Part shown: positions 48,985-58,306 of the stretch, piece after piece
How the letters are laid out: each line of letters begins with the position of its first letter
Numbering within the stretch: the first letter of the stretch is position 1
The notes under the pieces: generated by a model
Told to the model about the DNA's origin: nothing
Database searches by the model: none
Seen by the model: the letters and a program-made list of their open reading frames with translations, nothing else
DNA from: a virus
IMG/VR virus record: IMGVR_UViG_3300037851_000102
Coordinates: 1-64,000 of that record
Reading direction: 5' to 3' (one strand)
DNA: 64,000 nucleotides
Translations under genes and position numbers: made by a program

Positions 48985-49887
48985 ATGAGCAACGTGATTG
49001 AGGTCTGCAAAGTAAACTCATACGCAGACATATCGAAACTGAAATTCCATCCTAAAAACCCGCGCACGATCAAGGTTGATCGCCTCGAGCAATTGAAGGA
49101 TTCGATCATCAAGAAGGGCTTTTATCAGCCAATTCTTGTTTGGAAGAAGGGCGGGATCGTTCTTGCAGGCAATCACAGACTTCTTGCGGCTCAAGAGTTG
49201 GTTAAGGAAGGTTGGACGTTCAAATCGCCAGAGGGCAAGGAGAACGTGCTTCCTATCGTGATGGAAGATGTGAGCGATGAGGTCGCAGAGCAGATTCTTT
49301 TTGAAACCAACAACACCTATGCTGAATGGGTGGAAGATAAGCTGAGAGATGCGATCCAGAGCGCAGAGCAGAAGGGTCGTTCGATATCTTCATTTGGATT
49401 CACGACGGACTATGTGGACAACCTTTTGGCTTCGGCAATTGACGACGCTGAGAAGGCCACGAAGAAGATCCGTGATTCTATGGATGAAGAGGGCTCAGAT
49501 GATCTTGATAAGCTCATGGCTGAAACGGCAGATGAAGAGGAGTTTGAGTCCTTAATTCTGCCAAAATCGGTTTACACCAAGCTCACAGCACTTTTGGCCG
49601 ACATATCAGAGGCGTTGGTTCCAGAGTGGCATGAGGGTGATGGTTATAAAGAGGCGGTTCTTGCGCTTTTGCAGGCCGCTGACGAGACCGAGATCACGGA
49701 GCATATCAAGAGCAGGCTTGCGAGCGAAGAGCTTGCTGACGCGCCTGTTATTGACGTTGAAACGGAATCAGACTCCATTGGGGAGCCTGAAGAAAACGAA
49801 GGAGAAGAAGATATGGCAAAAACTACAAAAGCCAAAACTAAGAAGACGGCTACAAAGAAAAACAAGAAGACAAAAGCAAAAGCATAA
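48985..49887 (+). CDS. ParB/Srx N-terminal domain protein
   Basis: LKFHPKNPR...L..SI.KKGFYQPILV....VLAGNHRLLAA. Confidence 0.85.
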   Translation: MSNVIEVCKVNSYADISKLKFHPKNPRTIKVDRLEQLKDSIIKKGFYQPILVWKKGGIVLAGNHRLLAAQELVKEGWTFKSPEGKENVLPIVMEDVSDEVAEQILFETNNTYAEWVEDKLRDAIQSAEQKGRSISSFGFTTDYVDNLLASAIDDAEKATKKIRDSMDEEGSDDLDKLMAETADEEEFESLILPKSVYTKLTALLADISEALVPEWHEGDGYKEAVLALLQAADETEITEHIKSRLASEELADAPVIDVETESDSIGEPEENEGEEDMAKTTKAKTKKTATKKNKKTKAKA

Positions 49888-49918
49888 TTTACATTATGCG
49901 GCAGACTGTGGGGCAGCT

Positions 49919-50230
49919 ATGGAATCCAAAATAAACGACGATAAGAGAAAACGACTCATGCGAGTGATGTTCGGGCCGATTGAGGTGCCCGCATGGGTCA
50001 TTAAACAGGTCTTCGAGAAACTTCCTGAAGATGCGGTCATGATTACGCATATTCACGATCCACAAAGATTGCAATGGGGATGGATTATTGCATCGATGGA
50101 ATTCCCAGTTGTGGAAGAGGGAGCAGTGTTACCGCCAGCGGTTGTATCGGTGGACGGAGTGAAGAAGACGGTTGAAATTACGAGACCAGTGACAGTGGAC
50201 TCATTTGAAGACGCATTGAAGGCACTATGA
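49919..50230 (+). CDS. tagged protein (FEDALKAL)
   Basis: Terminal motif. Confidence 0.6.
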   Translation: MESKINDDKRKRLMRVMFGPIEVPAWVIKQVFEKLPEDAVMITHIHDPQRLQWGWIIASMEFPVVEEGAVLPPAVVSVDGVKKTVEITRPVTVDSFEDALKAL

Positions 50231-50449
50231 GTGAGAATGAAACTGAAACAATAAAATTTCTGCGCGAGAAACTGGCTGAAGCGCAGGTTCAAAACGACAA
50301 ACTTCAAGCGGCACTTGAATCGGCGAAATCTGATATTAAAAACGCTACAAATCTAATTATCGACTTCATTGCGGAGTATTCCACGCCGAACAATTCACTG
50401 AAGACAGAGGACGCATTGGGCGGTCTCAAGAACTTCATAAGAGAGCGGT

Positions 50450-50725
50450 GTGATAGTGGATCCGAAAAACAAGCTGCGCCAAACGCTTGAACACGCGATA
50501 GAGCAAATCAACAGAGATCCGCATCTGGTTCGTTCACACACAGTTGATGCACTTGCAGAGCAAGTTGGGCTCAAACGACGACAAGGGGAGCCTGACAATG
50601 TTCTTTGGGCTCGAATTGAGGGCTCAGGTCGGCTTGATGATTTACGCAAAGAGCTTATGGATAAAATGAATTCGCTTGGCAATGATGAGGTACGAGACTT
50701 TGAATCAGCACTGAAAAACTTGTGA
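50450..50725 (+). CDS. tagged protein (FESALKNL)
   Basis: Terminal motif. Confidence 0.65.
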   Translation: MIVDPKNKLRQTLEHAIEQINRDPHLVRSHTVDALAEQVGLKRRQGEPDNVLWARIEGSGRLDDLRKELMDKMNSLGNDEVRDFESALKNL

Positions 50726-50731
50726 GGATGT

Positions 50732-51049
50732 ATGAAGCTGAGGGCGAGAAGCAAATTAGAGGATTCAAAAGAGGTTGAACTTTCAATGGAATCACTCGGC
50801 AAATTGTTGGCGGATGGTCTGAATGGAGTCTTCGAGAAGATCCACACAGATGATTGGAAGAAGTTTTCGTTGAAACTTGAATTCTATGCCAAAACAGATA
50901 GCAACGGCGTGTCAATTGCAAATCTTACATTATCTGAAACGACAAGTGGAGAGAAACCCGCTAACATTAAAAAAGCAGGGAAGCGGGTTGAGGGCTCCAC
51001 GGACGGGGCCGCTATTGTTGATTTTCTTGAGGGCTTGAAAAAGCTATGA
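50732..51049 (+). CDS. tagged protein (FLEGLKKL)
   Basis: Terminal motif; RBS GAGG. Confidence 0.65.
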   Translation: MKLRARSKLEDSKEVELSMESLGKLLADGLNGVFEKIHTDDWKKFSLKLEFYAKTDSNGVSIANLTLSETTSGEKPANIKKAGKRVEGSTDGAAIVDFLEGLKKL

Positions 51050-51450
51050 GTGAATCGGTGAAGCGGCCTTTGTTGATGGTTAAGCCCGAACTCGTTGCAA
51101 TGATCGACGATTGGGAGCGCATACGCGGCTCGAAGAGCGATGTAGAGCGCAGAAGACGGGAGCAAGAAGAGATTGCGAAGCTGCCCGTTTTAGATAGGCT
51201 CAAGCGCGAAATTTCAATTGGTGACAGAATAAAATTCGTCACAGCACAGAAGAACCGCAAAGCCGCGCTCGACAAGGAGTATGAGGTCTTATCAAAGCGG
51301 CGATACTGCACGAATCATGATGGTGGAGAGGTTGCGATCCTTTGTGATGATGGGAAGATTCGCGGATACTCGACCAGAAAAGTTGAAGTTATCAATCCAC
51401 AAAAACTCAGCGAAATAGAGCAGTTTTCAAACGCATTGGAGCTTTTATGA
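51046..51450 (+). CDS. tagged protein (FSNALELL)
   Basis: Terminal motif; coupled. Confidence 0.65.
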   Translation: MSESVKRPLLMVKPELVAMIDDWERIRGSKSDVERRRREQEEIAKLPVLDRLKREISIGDRIKFVTAQKNRKAALDKEYEVLSKRRYCTNHDGGEVAILCDDGKIRGYSTRKVEVINPQKLSEIEQFSNALELL

Positions 51451-51794
51451 GCGAAACCATGCGGATGTTCACGCTTTATGTGGTGGAGAAGGAGACTGGA
51501 GAGCGGATTGCGATCCGTCCAGGTCTCATTTTTGAAGAAGAGCCAACAGCGGGAATCGCAAATCGTTTCACGATCAAGGCACTGAACACAGAGAAGCGCG
51601 AAGTGATTATTGAAGCACACGCATTCAAATCAGAGGTCACAGAATCGTGGGACAAGTTCGTTAAAATGGTCGCAGATGGCGAGTTAAAGCTCGTTAATTC
51701 AGAGAATGTGATCCGCGAGATGCGAGAGGCAAGAGAGCAGGGCAAGAGCGAGCAATCGGCCAAGGATTTTGAGGATGCGCTTAAAAATTTATAG
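51447..51794 (+). CDS. tagged protein (FEDALKNL)
   Basis: Terminal motif; coupled. Confidence 0.65.
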   Translation: MSETMRMFTLYVVEKETGERIAIRPGLIFEEEPTAGIANRFTIKALNTEKREVIIEAHAFKSEVTESWDKFVKMVADGELKLVNSENVIREMREAREQGKSEQSAKDFEDALKNL

Positions 51795-51803
51795 GGGACA
51801 GCG

Positions 51804-52280
51804 ATGTTTGATGAGTACAAGACAAGAGTGATGGGCAAGTTTGAAGAGCCAGAGATATCACACAGAGATATTGACAGGCTTGCAGAGTATTTCATACGTC
51901 GATCATTAAGATACTACGCAGGCGGTGGAGCCAGACACGTTGGCGGTGCGAGAATGCCAATGGAGTTCTACCGAGATCTTGCAAAGCAGGTGATTGAGCT
52001 TGCCTATAAATTTCACGGCGACAAATCGCATTCACTCAAGTCACTCGTTGCAATCATAATCGGGCCCGAAATCGAAAAGATCTTTTCACCCGATCCAAGA
52101 GAGGCGCGTCCACCTCAAGCAATCCTTGATGAGACCGATGAGAAGTTTTGGAAGATGATGGAAGAGCCAATGCTCACGAAAAAAGACATAGAATCCTTTA
52201 CAGAGAATGATTTTAAGCCAAAGAAGCCAAGGCCAAAGACAGAGATAGAAGAGTTCAACAAGGCACTTAAAAAGCTATGA
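51804..52280 (+). CDS. tagged protein (FNKALKKL)
   Basis: Terminal motif; GGGGACAGC leader. Confidence 0.65.
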   Translation: MFDEYKTRVMGKFEEPEISHRDIDRLAEYFIRRSLRYYAGGGARHVGGARMPMEFYRDLAKQVIELAYKFHGDKSHSLKSLVAIIIGPEIEKIFSPDPREARPPQAILDETDEKFWKMMEEPMLTKKDIESFTENDFKPKKPRPKTEIEEFNKALKKL

Positions 52281-52579
52281 GCAAGCTCCCAAAGACCCGA
52301 TCAATTTACGATGTCGATAGGCTCACTTCAAGCTCAGAGATAAAGCTCGACGGCAGGACAATCGGCACAATCACAGATATCAGAATCGAAGACGGCACAG
52401 CCCACGTCGAAGCGACAATCACACCGCCAAAGCCCATTGAATCAATCACCTTTGAAGGCACAATCACAGGCTTTGAATCCATTGAAGAGATCCCAAAACC
52501 GAAATCCAAACGCCTCAGACACACACCAAAAGAGAAATCAGAAATTGAAGCATTTGAAGAGGCACTCAAAAACCTATGA
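52277..52579 (+). CDS. tagged protein (FEEALKNL)
   Basis: Terminal motif; coupled. Confidence 0.65.
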   Translation: MSKLPKTRSIYDVDRLTSSSEIKLDGRTIGTITDIRIEDGTAHVEATITPPKPIESITFEGTITGFESIEEIPKPKSKRLRHTPKEKSEIEAFEEALKNL

Positions 52580-52902
52580 AGCCAGAAGGAATCACAATCA
52601 CACAGTATATGCTTCCCGAAGGCCCAATACACTTTGATACGGCCTCAGCCGAACAGCTCGATAGAATCGGAGAGCTACACGCAATCAGAAGAGACGACGG
52701 AGAGCCAGACGCAAGTTACAGATCCAAGCTATTAAAGGCACTTCATTCAAGAACGTCATACATGACCACAGATGAAGTGAAACAGTTCTTCGATCCCGAC
52801 ACAGGCAAAGAGTTCGTACAGATAGACCCAAACGAAATTCAAGCCAAAATCCAACACACGCAACAAGTCCAAGACTTTTTGACGGCGCTCGACAAGCTCT
52901 AA
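52576..52902 (+). CDS. tagged protein (FLTALDKL)
   Basis: Terminal motif; LDRIG...R..GEPD.SYR segment. Confidence 0.65.
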   Translation: MKPEGITITQYMLPEGPIHFDTASAEQLDRIGELHAIRRDDGEPDASYRSKLLKALHSRTSYMTTDEVKQFFDPDTGKEFVQIDPNEIQAKIQHTQQVQDFLTALDKL

Positions 52903-53003
52903 AACAAACGCTCGACCAACATACTACAATGTAATACATTCAATTCCGTAGTCAGGGAGAATCTAATGTATTCGCCGATACAGACACCATTGGAGTAACA
53001 ACA

Positions 53004-53834
53004 GTGAGTAAATGGAAGCCCAGAAGAGATTTTAAAGCAGTAACAGATAAGCGCACTTCAAAGAAGTCGGCTTCAAAACAATCAGATCCAACACCACAAG
53101 AGTTCCAAAGAGACCTCGAAGATTTAGACGTGCCAGATTTATTTGAAAAGGGCACAAGAATCTTGAAGCGTGACATGGGTGGAGCAGACAAGCTCAAGCA
53201 CGATGGTCACATTCTTATGATGGAGTGGGCGATTAAGTATTCAGACATGATACCGCGCAAATTCTTAATGGAGCGCAGAGGTTATTCACACGCACAAGCA
53301 GACGTGATTTTAGCGGTCACAGGTTCAACGTCAGAATGGGCGAATGCGCGAGAGCGCGTACTTGATTCAATGAGTGAATCAGTTATCAAGCGGCACATTG
53401 ATAAGCTCGTTGAAGTGAACGATCAGCACATAGCGGCCTCAAAGCTCACGATGGCAAAAGCGATTGAGATGCTCACGAAATTGCCCGTGGATGTGGAATT
53501 AGATCCAAAGACAGGCAAATCAAAGAAGCGCACTATGAGATCAATTGATCTTGTGAATTGCGCAAACGCGATTGAGAAGGCGCAATCGATCTATCGAAAG
53601 GCGATGGGCTTGCCAAACGAAGAGTCAGGTCTTGCGCAGATCTTGGAGAAGGTCGCGCAATTAAACGTGCAACAAAATGTTCAGATCAACAACACGGTTG
53701 TCCAGCAACAGCCTGAGAAGAGTGAGCAACAGAAGAAGATAGAGGCATTAAGCTATGATGACATTATGGAGTTCGTTGAATTTAGAAGAGAGCAGAAGAG
53801 ACTCGCGCAACAGCCAAAGGACACTGGATCTTGA
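53004..53834 (+). CDS. possible terminase small subunit
   Basis: HTH-like region then long helices and a Q/N-rich beta tail; located upstream of terL. Confidence 0.4.
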   Translation: MSKWKPRRDFKAVTDKRTSKKSASKQSDPTPQEFQRDLEDLDVPDLFEKGTRILKRDMGGADKLKHDGHILMMEWAIKYSDMIPRKFLMERRGYSHAQADVILAVTGSTSEWANARERVLDSMSESVIKRHIDKLVEVNDQHIAASKLTMAKAIEMLTKLPVDVELDPKTGKSKKRTMRSIDLVNCANAIEKAQSIYRKAMGLPNEESGLAQILEKVAQLNVQQNVQINNTVVQQQPEKSEQQKKIEALSYDDIMEFVEFRREQKRLAQQPKDTGS

Positions 53835-53872
53835 GCGATTGTATGCGTATGGGGCAGAGGGTGAGGTTTTAG

Positions 53873-54112
53873 ATGTCACACATGATGGGTCAACAGAAGG
53901 CTCGGATGAGGGAAGAGAACAGGAATTGGCAGGAGAGAGATCGGGAGAACTTGAGCGGGAGAGCTTTGCGTAGGGAGCAGGAGCGCAAGGTCGCTGCATG
54001 GAATAGAGAGCAGGCGCGACTACGATCCGAAGAAGAGATTAGAGAACGGGCGCGGGAGCGAGAGCGATTGGTTTCGATTGAACGGTTCCAAGACGCGCTG
54101 GAGAACTTATGA
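53873..54112 (+). CDS. R/E-rich tagged protein (FQDALENL)
   Basis: Terminal motif; RBS GAGG. Confidence 0.6.
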   Translation: MSHMMGQQKARMREENRNWQERDRENLSGRALRREQERKVAAWNREQARLRSEEEIRERARERERLVSIERFQDALENL

Positions 54113-54454
54113 AGGATTTAATCAATTTTACGTTCGCGCTTATCGCATTTGTCGCACTATTCCTTGTGCTTCCATTCGTGGTCTATAGCATCAACAAGTA
54201 TGTTCACCATGATCGCATCGAACAGATGATTGAATCAAAGGTAAAGGCGGAGTGTTTACGATGAGTGAGCTTTTAGGATTCGCAGAGAGAAACCCAATAC
54301 TCGCAGTGATCTTGGCTTATATCATCGTGCAGGGCTTGGTTTATATGATCCAAGCGATTAGGAGATGAGCGATTGGGAGTGGATACTTTTGATCGCGATG
54401 CCATTGATTGTAATGATCGCGATGAGTTTAGTTTTATGTAATTATTTTTGTTAG
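54109..54454 (+). CDS. three coupled small single-TM peptides (54109-54264, 54261-54368, 54365-54454)
   Basis: ATGA overlaps; each has one hydrophobic helix; below the ORF-track cutoff. Confidence 0.55.
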
Positions 54455-56452
54455 GAGATGAAGTGAAGCCAGAGCAAGTTTCAAACGATGTACTTGAGTT
54501 TTTAAAAAATAAATATGGCGATGAGATCAACATTGAATCATTGAGGCTTGGTCTTGGTCTCACAGTTTCAGCGATTCATGCAACGCTGATTCATTCGGCC
54601 AAAACAGATGATGAACGACAAGGGGCAGTTCACACAGCGATGGACACGGTGGAGCGCATGATTGGTTCGATCCAAAAAGATTGCGAAATTTGTGGAATGC
54701 CTGGAATTGAATTCGTTAAGGGTATTGTGGATGAGAACGGCAACATGGTTGAAACTAAACAGGGGGAGAACGATGAAGGTCGGGTTCATTGATTTAGCAG
54801 AGAACGCATTCAAGATTGAAAAACAGATTGAACACGCGCTTAGAGATCGTTGGCTGGATGGAGACACAGCACACGAATTCAAAAACGAAATGTATAAGCG
54901 CAGAAAACAAAAGGGTGGATTGAAAGCCCTACTGAAAGAGATCAACACAGAGATTGAATTCAGAAAGAAAACATTCGGGGGGATGGATGAGACAATTAAA
55001 CAAAAGGCAAATAGAGTTAATACTGCCGTCTGATATCACACTTGATATGCTCTATTCAGCGATGCACGAGGGGTTTTTGAATCACACACTCAAGACCAGC
55101 ATCGATGGCAAACCTTTTCATTTGGGAATTGAAATGGTCAGTGGGAATTCAGAGATCCAAACGATTTTGGTCACGAAGATTCCAGCGCACCACAAACAAG
55201 GAGCAAACAATGAAACAGGGGAGCAATAATATGGGGACATTCGCATTTTTAATGTTTTGCGCAGCGATATTCGCAGCGATGGGCATTTGGCATTATTCAC
55301 AATCAGAGGACACGGCCTTTCACAAGACGCTCGGCCTATGTCGATCATGTGAAGCAGATGTAAAGCGCCACGAAGAGAAGTTAAAGAAGTATGATGAGGA
55401 TTTTAAAGCGTTGAATGCGCGATTGGATGCAGCGGAAGCGGAAGTAAAGAAATTCACTGAACAGCTTGATATATTCCGCGATCAGGTCTCAGACACACGC
55501 GAGAAGCAGATCCAACTCAAGGATGATTTATCGAATAAGACTCAGCGATTGGTGATGCCAAAGGGCCCGATTCCAGTTGAGATCTATGTAGCACCAACGG
55601 TCAGAGCCACAGCACCGAAACAGCAAGCACCGCCTAAGATTCCAAAAGAGACACCACAGCAAACCATGAAGAAGATCAAAAAGCAGATCGATGGGTTATC
55701 GAAATGAAGATCCAAAGAATGCTCGAATACTTGAAGACGCTTGCGAAGATGAAGCGAAATTTCTTTGGTGAGCTTGCAGATGAAGCGAAATCAGAAATTG
55801 ATAAGGCGAGACTTCAGGGCATGGCAGATGCCCACGCCGAACAGACAAACGAGCTTGAGCAGATCAGTGCGGCCATGATCGAAACGCCAGATCAGATGCC
55901 ACAGCAAACCGAGAGCGCACCGATAGGAGTAACACTACAATGAAGCAAGACGTGAATACGCAAAAGGCGAAATTCAATAAATTGTATAAAGAGATGGCCG
56001 AGATCGTTAATACTTTCGATGGGCACAACAGAGATCTTGCTATGCAGGGTCTCAGTAGTTGTGACTTGTGGGCAAATTCGTATTTTACAAAAGAAGGAGC
56101 GAACGATGGAACGAGAGAAGAGACTATTCAACGGTCAGCCGATTGAACTTGGACAGCAACGAGAGAAGCCAGCGGGGTTGATTCTGCCCGATCAGGATTT
56201 AAAGAAGCTGCATGAAGATCAACTCAAGGCAGAAGCAGAGAAGCGAGCGGCAGAAGAGAAGCGCGTATTCGATCAGATGGTTGAGAGCCCACAGGCGATG
56301 CGGGGAGTGATCCAAGAGTGCATCAATCGTGGCAAGGTCAGATTGAGTATGGATTTGGATTTACTTGATGATGAACAGGTGAAAAAGACTTTCATTCATT
56401 TGTGGGGTCAAGCGGGAGCAGGCAAGCCGAGCGTTACCGAAATCAGTATTTA

Positions 56453-56722
56453 ATGGGATGCTCATCTTGCGGTGGGGGAATTAAGAAGCCCACGAAGTTC
56501 CAACAGGTGAGATCCTTCGCATTAAGTCTTGCCAACGTGATTGAACACGCGATATCCACAGGACAGATCGTTGCAGATCGTGGGACAGTGGATAAGCGCA
56601 TTCAGATATGTACTCAATGCAAATACAGAGAGCCCATTAGAAACCGCTGCAAGGCTTGTGGTTGTTTCTTGGCAGCTAAGAGTGGCCTTGCCAGCGAAAC
56701 GTGCCCACAGGGGTATTGGTGA
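56453..56722 (+). CDS. Cys-rich protein (DUF6171-like)
   Basis: R..IC..C......C..CGCFL..K......CP.G.W. Confidence 0.65.
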   Translation: MGCSSCGGGIKKPTKFQQVRSFALSLANVIEHAISTGQIVADRGTVDKRIQICTQCKYREPIRNRCKACGCFLAAKSGLASETCPQGYW

Positions 56723-56728
56723 GGTTAT

Positions 56729-57055
56729 ATGGGGCATTTACCAACATTAGAGAGTGACGCAAGCGGGAGAGTGAGAATCACATGGCCTGATGGACGCAGG
56801 TCAGAGGGACATATCACCAAAATGAATGTTCAGATGGGGAGAGGTTCGCTTGGTGAGCATACTCAAACGCTGGACTTCACTTTGACGTGCTTTGAGCCCA
56901 TGCTATCCGAAGAAGCCAGCACAATGAAGGCGGCAGCGGATGAAGCGAACAAAAGAGTCAGAGAAAATAAAGCCAAAAAAGAAGGCGTTAAAAAGATGGA
57001 AGAAGACCGTCTCAAGCCAGTCAGAGACTTCATCAAAGGCCTCGAACAGTTTTAG
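56729..57055 (+). CDS. tagged protein variant (FIKGLEQF)
   Basis: Terminal motif; RBS GAGG. Confidence 0.6.
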   Translation: MGHLPTLESDASGRVRITWPDGRRSEGHITKMNVQMGRGSLGEHTQTLDFTLTCFEPMLSEEASTMKAAADEANKRVRENKAKKEGVKKMEEDRLKPVRDFIKGLEQF

Positions 57056-57494
57056 CGACGAAGAGCGCCAGTATCAGATCAAAAGGTTCTTAAAAGATTC
57101 AAAGGGTGCGAAAGTATGGAAGTCGTAGTCTGCGGCTTTCATTTTAATTTAATCACGATTCGTTGCCACAACAAGAAGTGCAAGAACAAGTTCAAAGTTC
57201 TTGAGAGTTCAAAGCAGAAGTTTTGCTCATCTCACTGCGCAGGCATTGAATTGCCATTGCCCAACTACAACTACACTCAGCGAGTCCAGAAGATGAAAAC
57301 GATGAAAGAGACGATCATCGACTTCTACAAGGATTCCGAAGACGACTACGGCGCGTAGTTTAAAACAAATAAAATAGCTCATTGATTCAAGACTCCAACG
57401 TGTTCAAGATGGGACTGCAATGGTTCTATCCGATTAAGGTCTTGCAACGAGAAGATGCGGGACGTGACCGCCGCGCCGCCTGAAGAGGAGATTT

Positions 57495-57767
57495 ATGGCT
57501 CGATCCAAGAAAAAAGAATTACGCGCAGAAAGTTCTCAAGACCTGGCGACACCTGGGCCCGAAATCGCGAACGTGGATTTTTCTAAACCGTGGACTTTGG
57601 ATCGCCAAGCCTATGACAAAGTGGCGTTTGCCGAGCTGGTCATGAAGCTCAAAACTTCTACGTCGAAGCTGGAATATCATCCAGACGGGAAGGTGACATT
57701 CCATTGGAAGGGAATGGCTAAATCCGCAGAATCACAGAGCTTTTCAAAAGCATTGGAGAATTTATGA
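57495..57767 (+). CDS. tagged protein (FSKALENL)
   Basis: Terminal motif; RBS GAGGAG. Confidence 0.65.
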   Translation: MARSKKKELRAESSQDLATPGPEIANVDFSKPWTLDRQAYDKVAFAELVMKLKTSTSKLEYHPDGKVTFHWKGMAKSAESQSFSKALENL

Positions 57768-58303
57768 TGCCTTATCCAGTTATTATTGGGGCGATAATCG
57801 GAGCCGTTATTGGCGGCCTGATTGGGGCTTACATTGCCAGACGCAGGGTTCAGCCGAAGCTCGATTTATTGGCTCAGAAGAACAGCCAGCTCGAAGCCAG
57901 CCTGAACCAGATGATCTACAAGAAGCCAGGTCGCAGGGCTGAACCCAGCCGCAAACCAGGTGAGTTCGATCCAACTAAGCATAACAGTTTGCAGCCAGCC
58001 AACAGAAAGCCTCTTCCAGTTGAGTTCCAACAGGTGAAAGAGGGTGATGGAGAATTCAAAATTGAGTCTGCAAGTTTCGCGAAACAGATGCCCAAGGGCG
58101 ACTACACATACAGATTTTTCGGTTCACAGCTATCGTTGGGTGAGAATGTTTTGATCTCAGGACTTCAGCGAAAGATGCACCAACTCGAAATCACAAAGGA
58201 CGACCAAGTTTACATTGGTGGAGTCGAGTACAGAATCAATCCAAGTGATGTCGAACAACTCAAAAGGGTAATCGCGAAAGCAGAGAAAACCGCAGAGGTG
58301 TAA
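57764..58303 (+). CDS. membrane-anchored hypothetical protein
   Basis: N-terminal glycine-zipper TM helix. Confidence 0.6.
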   Translation: MMPYPVIIGAIIGAVIGGLIGAYIARRRVQPKLDLLAQKNSQLEASLNQMIYKKPGRRAEPSRKPGEFDPTKHNSLQPANRKPLPVEFQQVKEGDGEFKIESASFAKQMPKGDYTYRFFGSQLSLGENVLISGLQRKMHQLEITKDDQVYIGGVEYRINPSDVEQLKRVIAKAEKTAEV

Positions 58304-58306
58304 TCG

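Noticed and set aside
49919-52902. C-terminal tag as a by-product of RBS/ATGA coupling
   Set aside because: Coupling could favour the final Leu codon but not the Phe at -8 or Ala/Gly-Leu at -5/-4, and the tag also occurs on uncoupled genes ending in TAA, TAG or TGA (e.g. 52902, 51794, 28193)
57411-57490. tmRNA or tRNA-like element
   Set aside because: Only a loose resemblance to a tmRNA 5' end; no T-loop/acceptor 3' end and the gap is too short
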